Below, piece by piece: positions 63,991 through 64,000 of a DNA stretch of 64,000 nucleotides; position 1 is the stretch's first letter, and every line of letters starts with the position of its first letter. A program made the translations under genes and the position numbers. The notes under the pieces are model-generated. The model was not told the DNA's origin, ran no database searches, and saw only the letters and a list, made by a program, of their open reading frames with translations. This stretch comes from the human T2T-CHM13v2.0 reference genome, Homo sapiens: NCBI RefSeq assembly GCF_009914755.1, contig NC_060929.1, one strand, 5' to 3'.

Positions 63991-64000
63991 AATTCATGAA

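Overview
Primate, almost certainly human, genomic DNA. The gene order CDO1 - ATG12 - AP3S1 matches human 5q22.3 from recall; this was not searched. The window holds the complete 5-exon CDO1 gene (minus strand, 200 aa), the complete 4-exon ATG12 gene (minus strand, 140 aa), and exon 1 plus about 21 kb of intron 1 of AP3S1 (plus strand). ATG12 and AP3S1 share a bidirectional CpG-island promoter. Exon boundaries were read by hand; the internal junctions are GT-AG and the phases sum correctly. The rest is mostly Alu, L1, L2, MIR, LTR and DNA-transposon relics; subfamily names and old-repeat boundaries are approximate. Main leads: (1) a Cys-codon-rich uORF (MLGLCVCVCLAV*) in the CDO1 leader, a candidate cysteine-sensing translational control; (2) a HERV-W/LTR17 solo LTR about 2 kb upstream of, and co-oriented with, CDO1; (3) a 31-bp exact insert inside an Alu that matches a site 9.8 kb away; (4) ATG12 RNA-processing features: two poison cassette exons, an A28 tract at a splice donor, and an inverted Alu pair split by a polyA signal.
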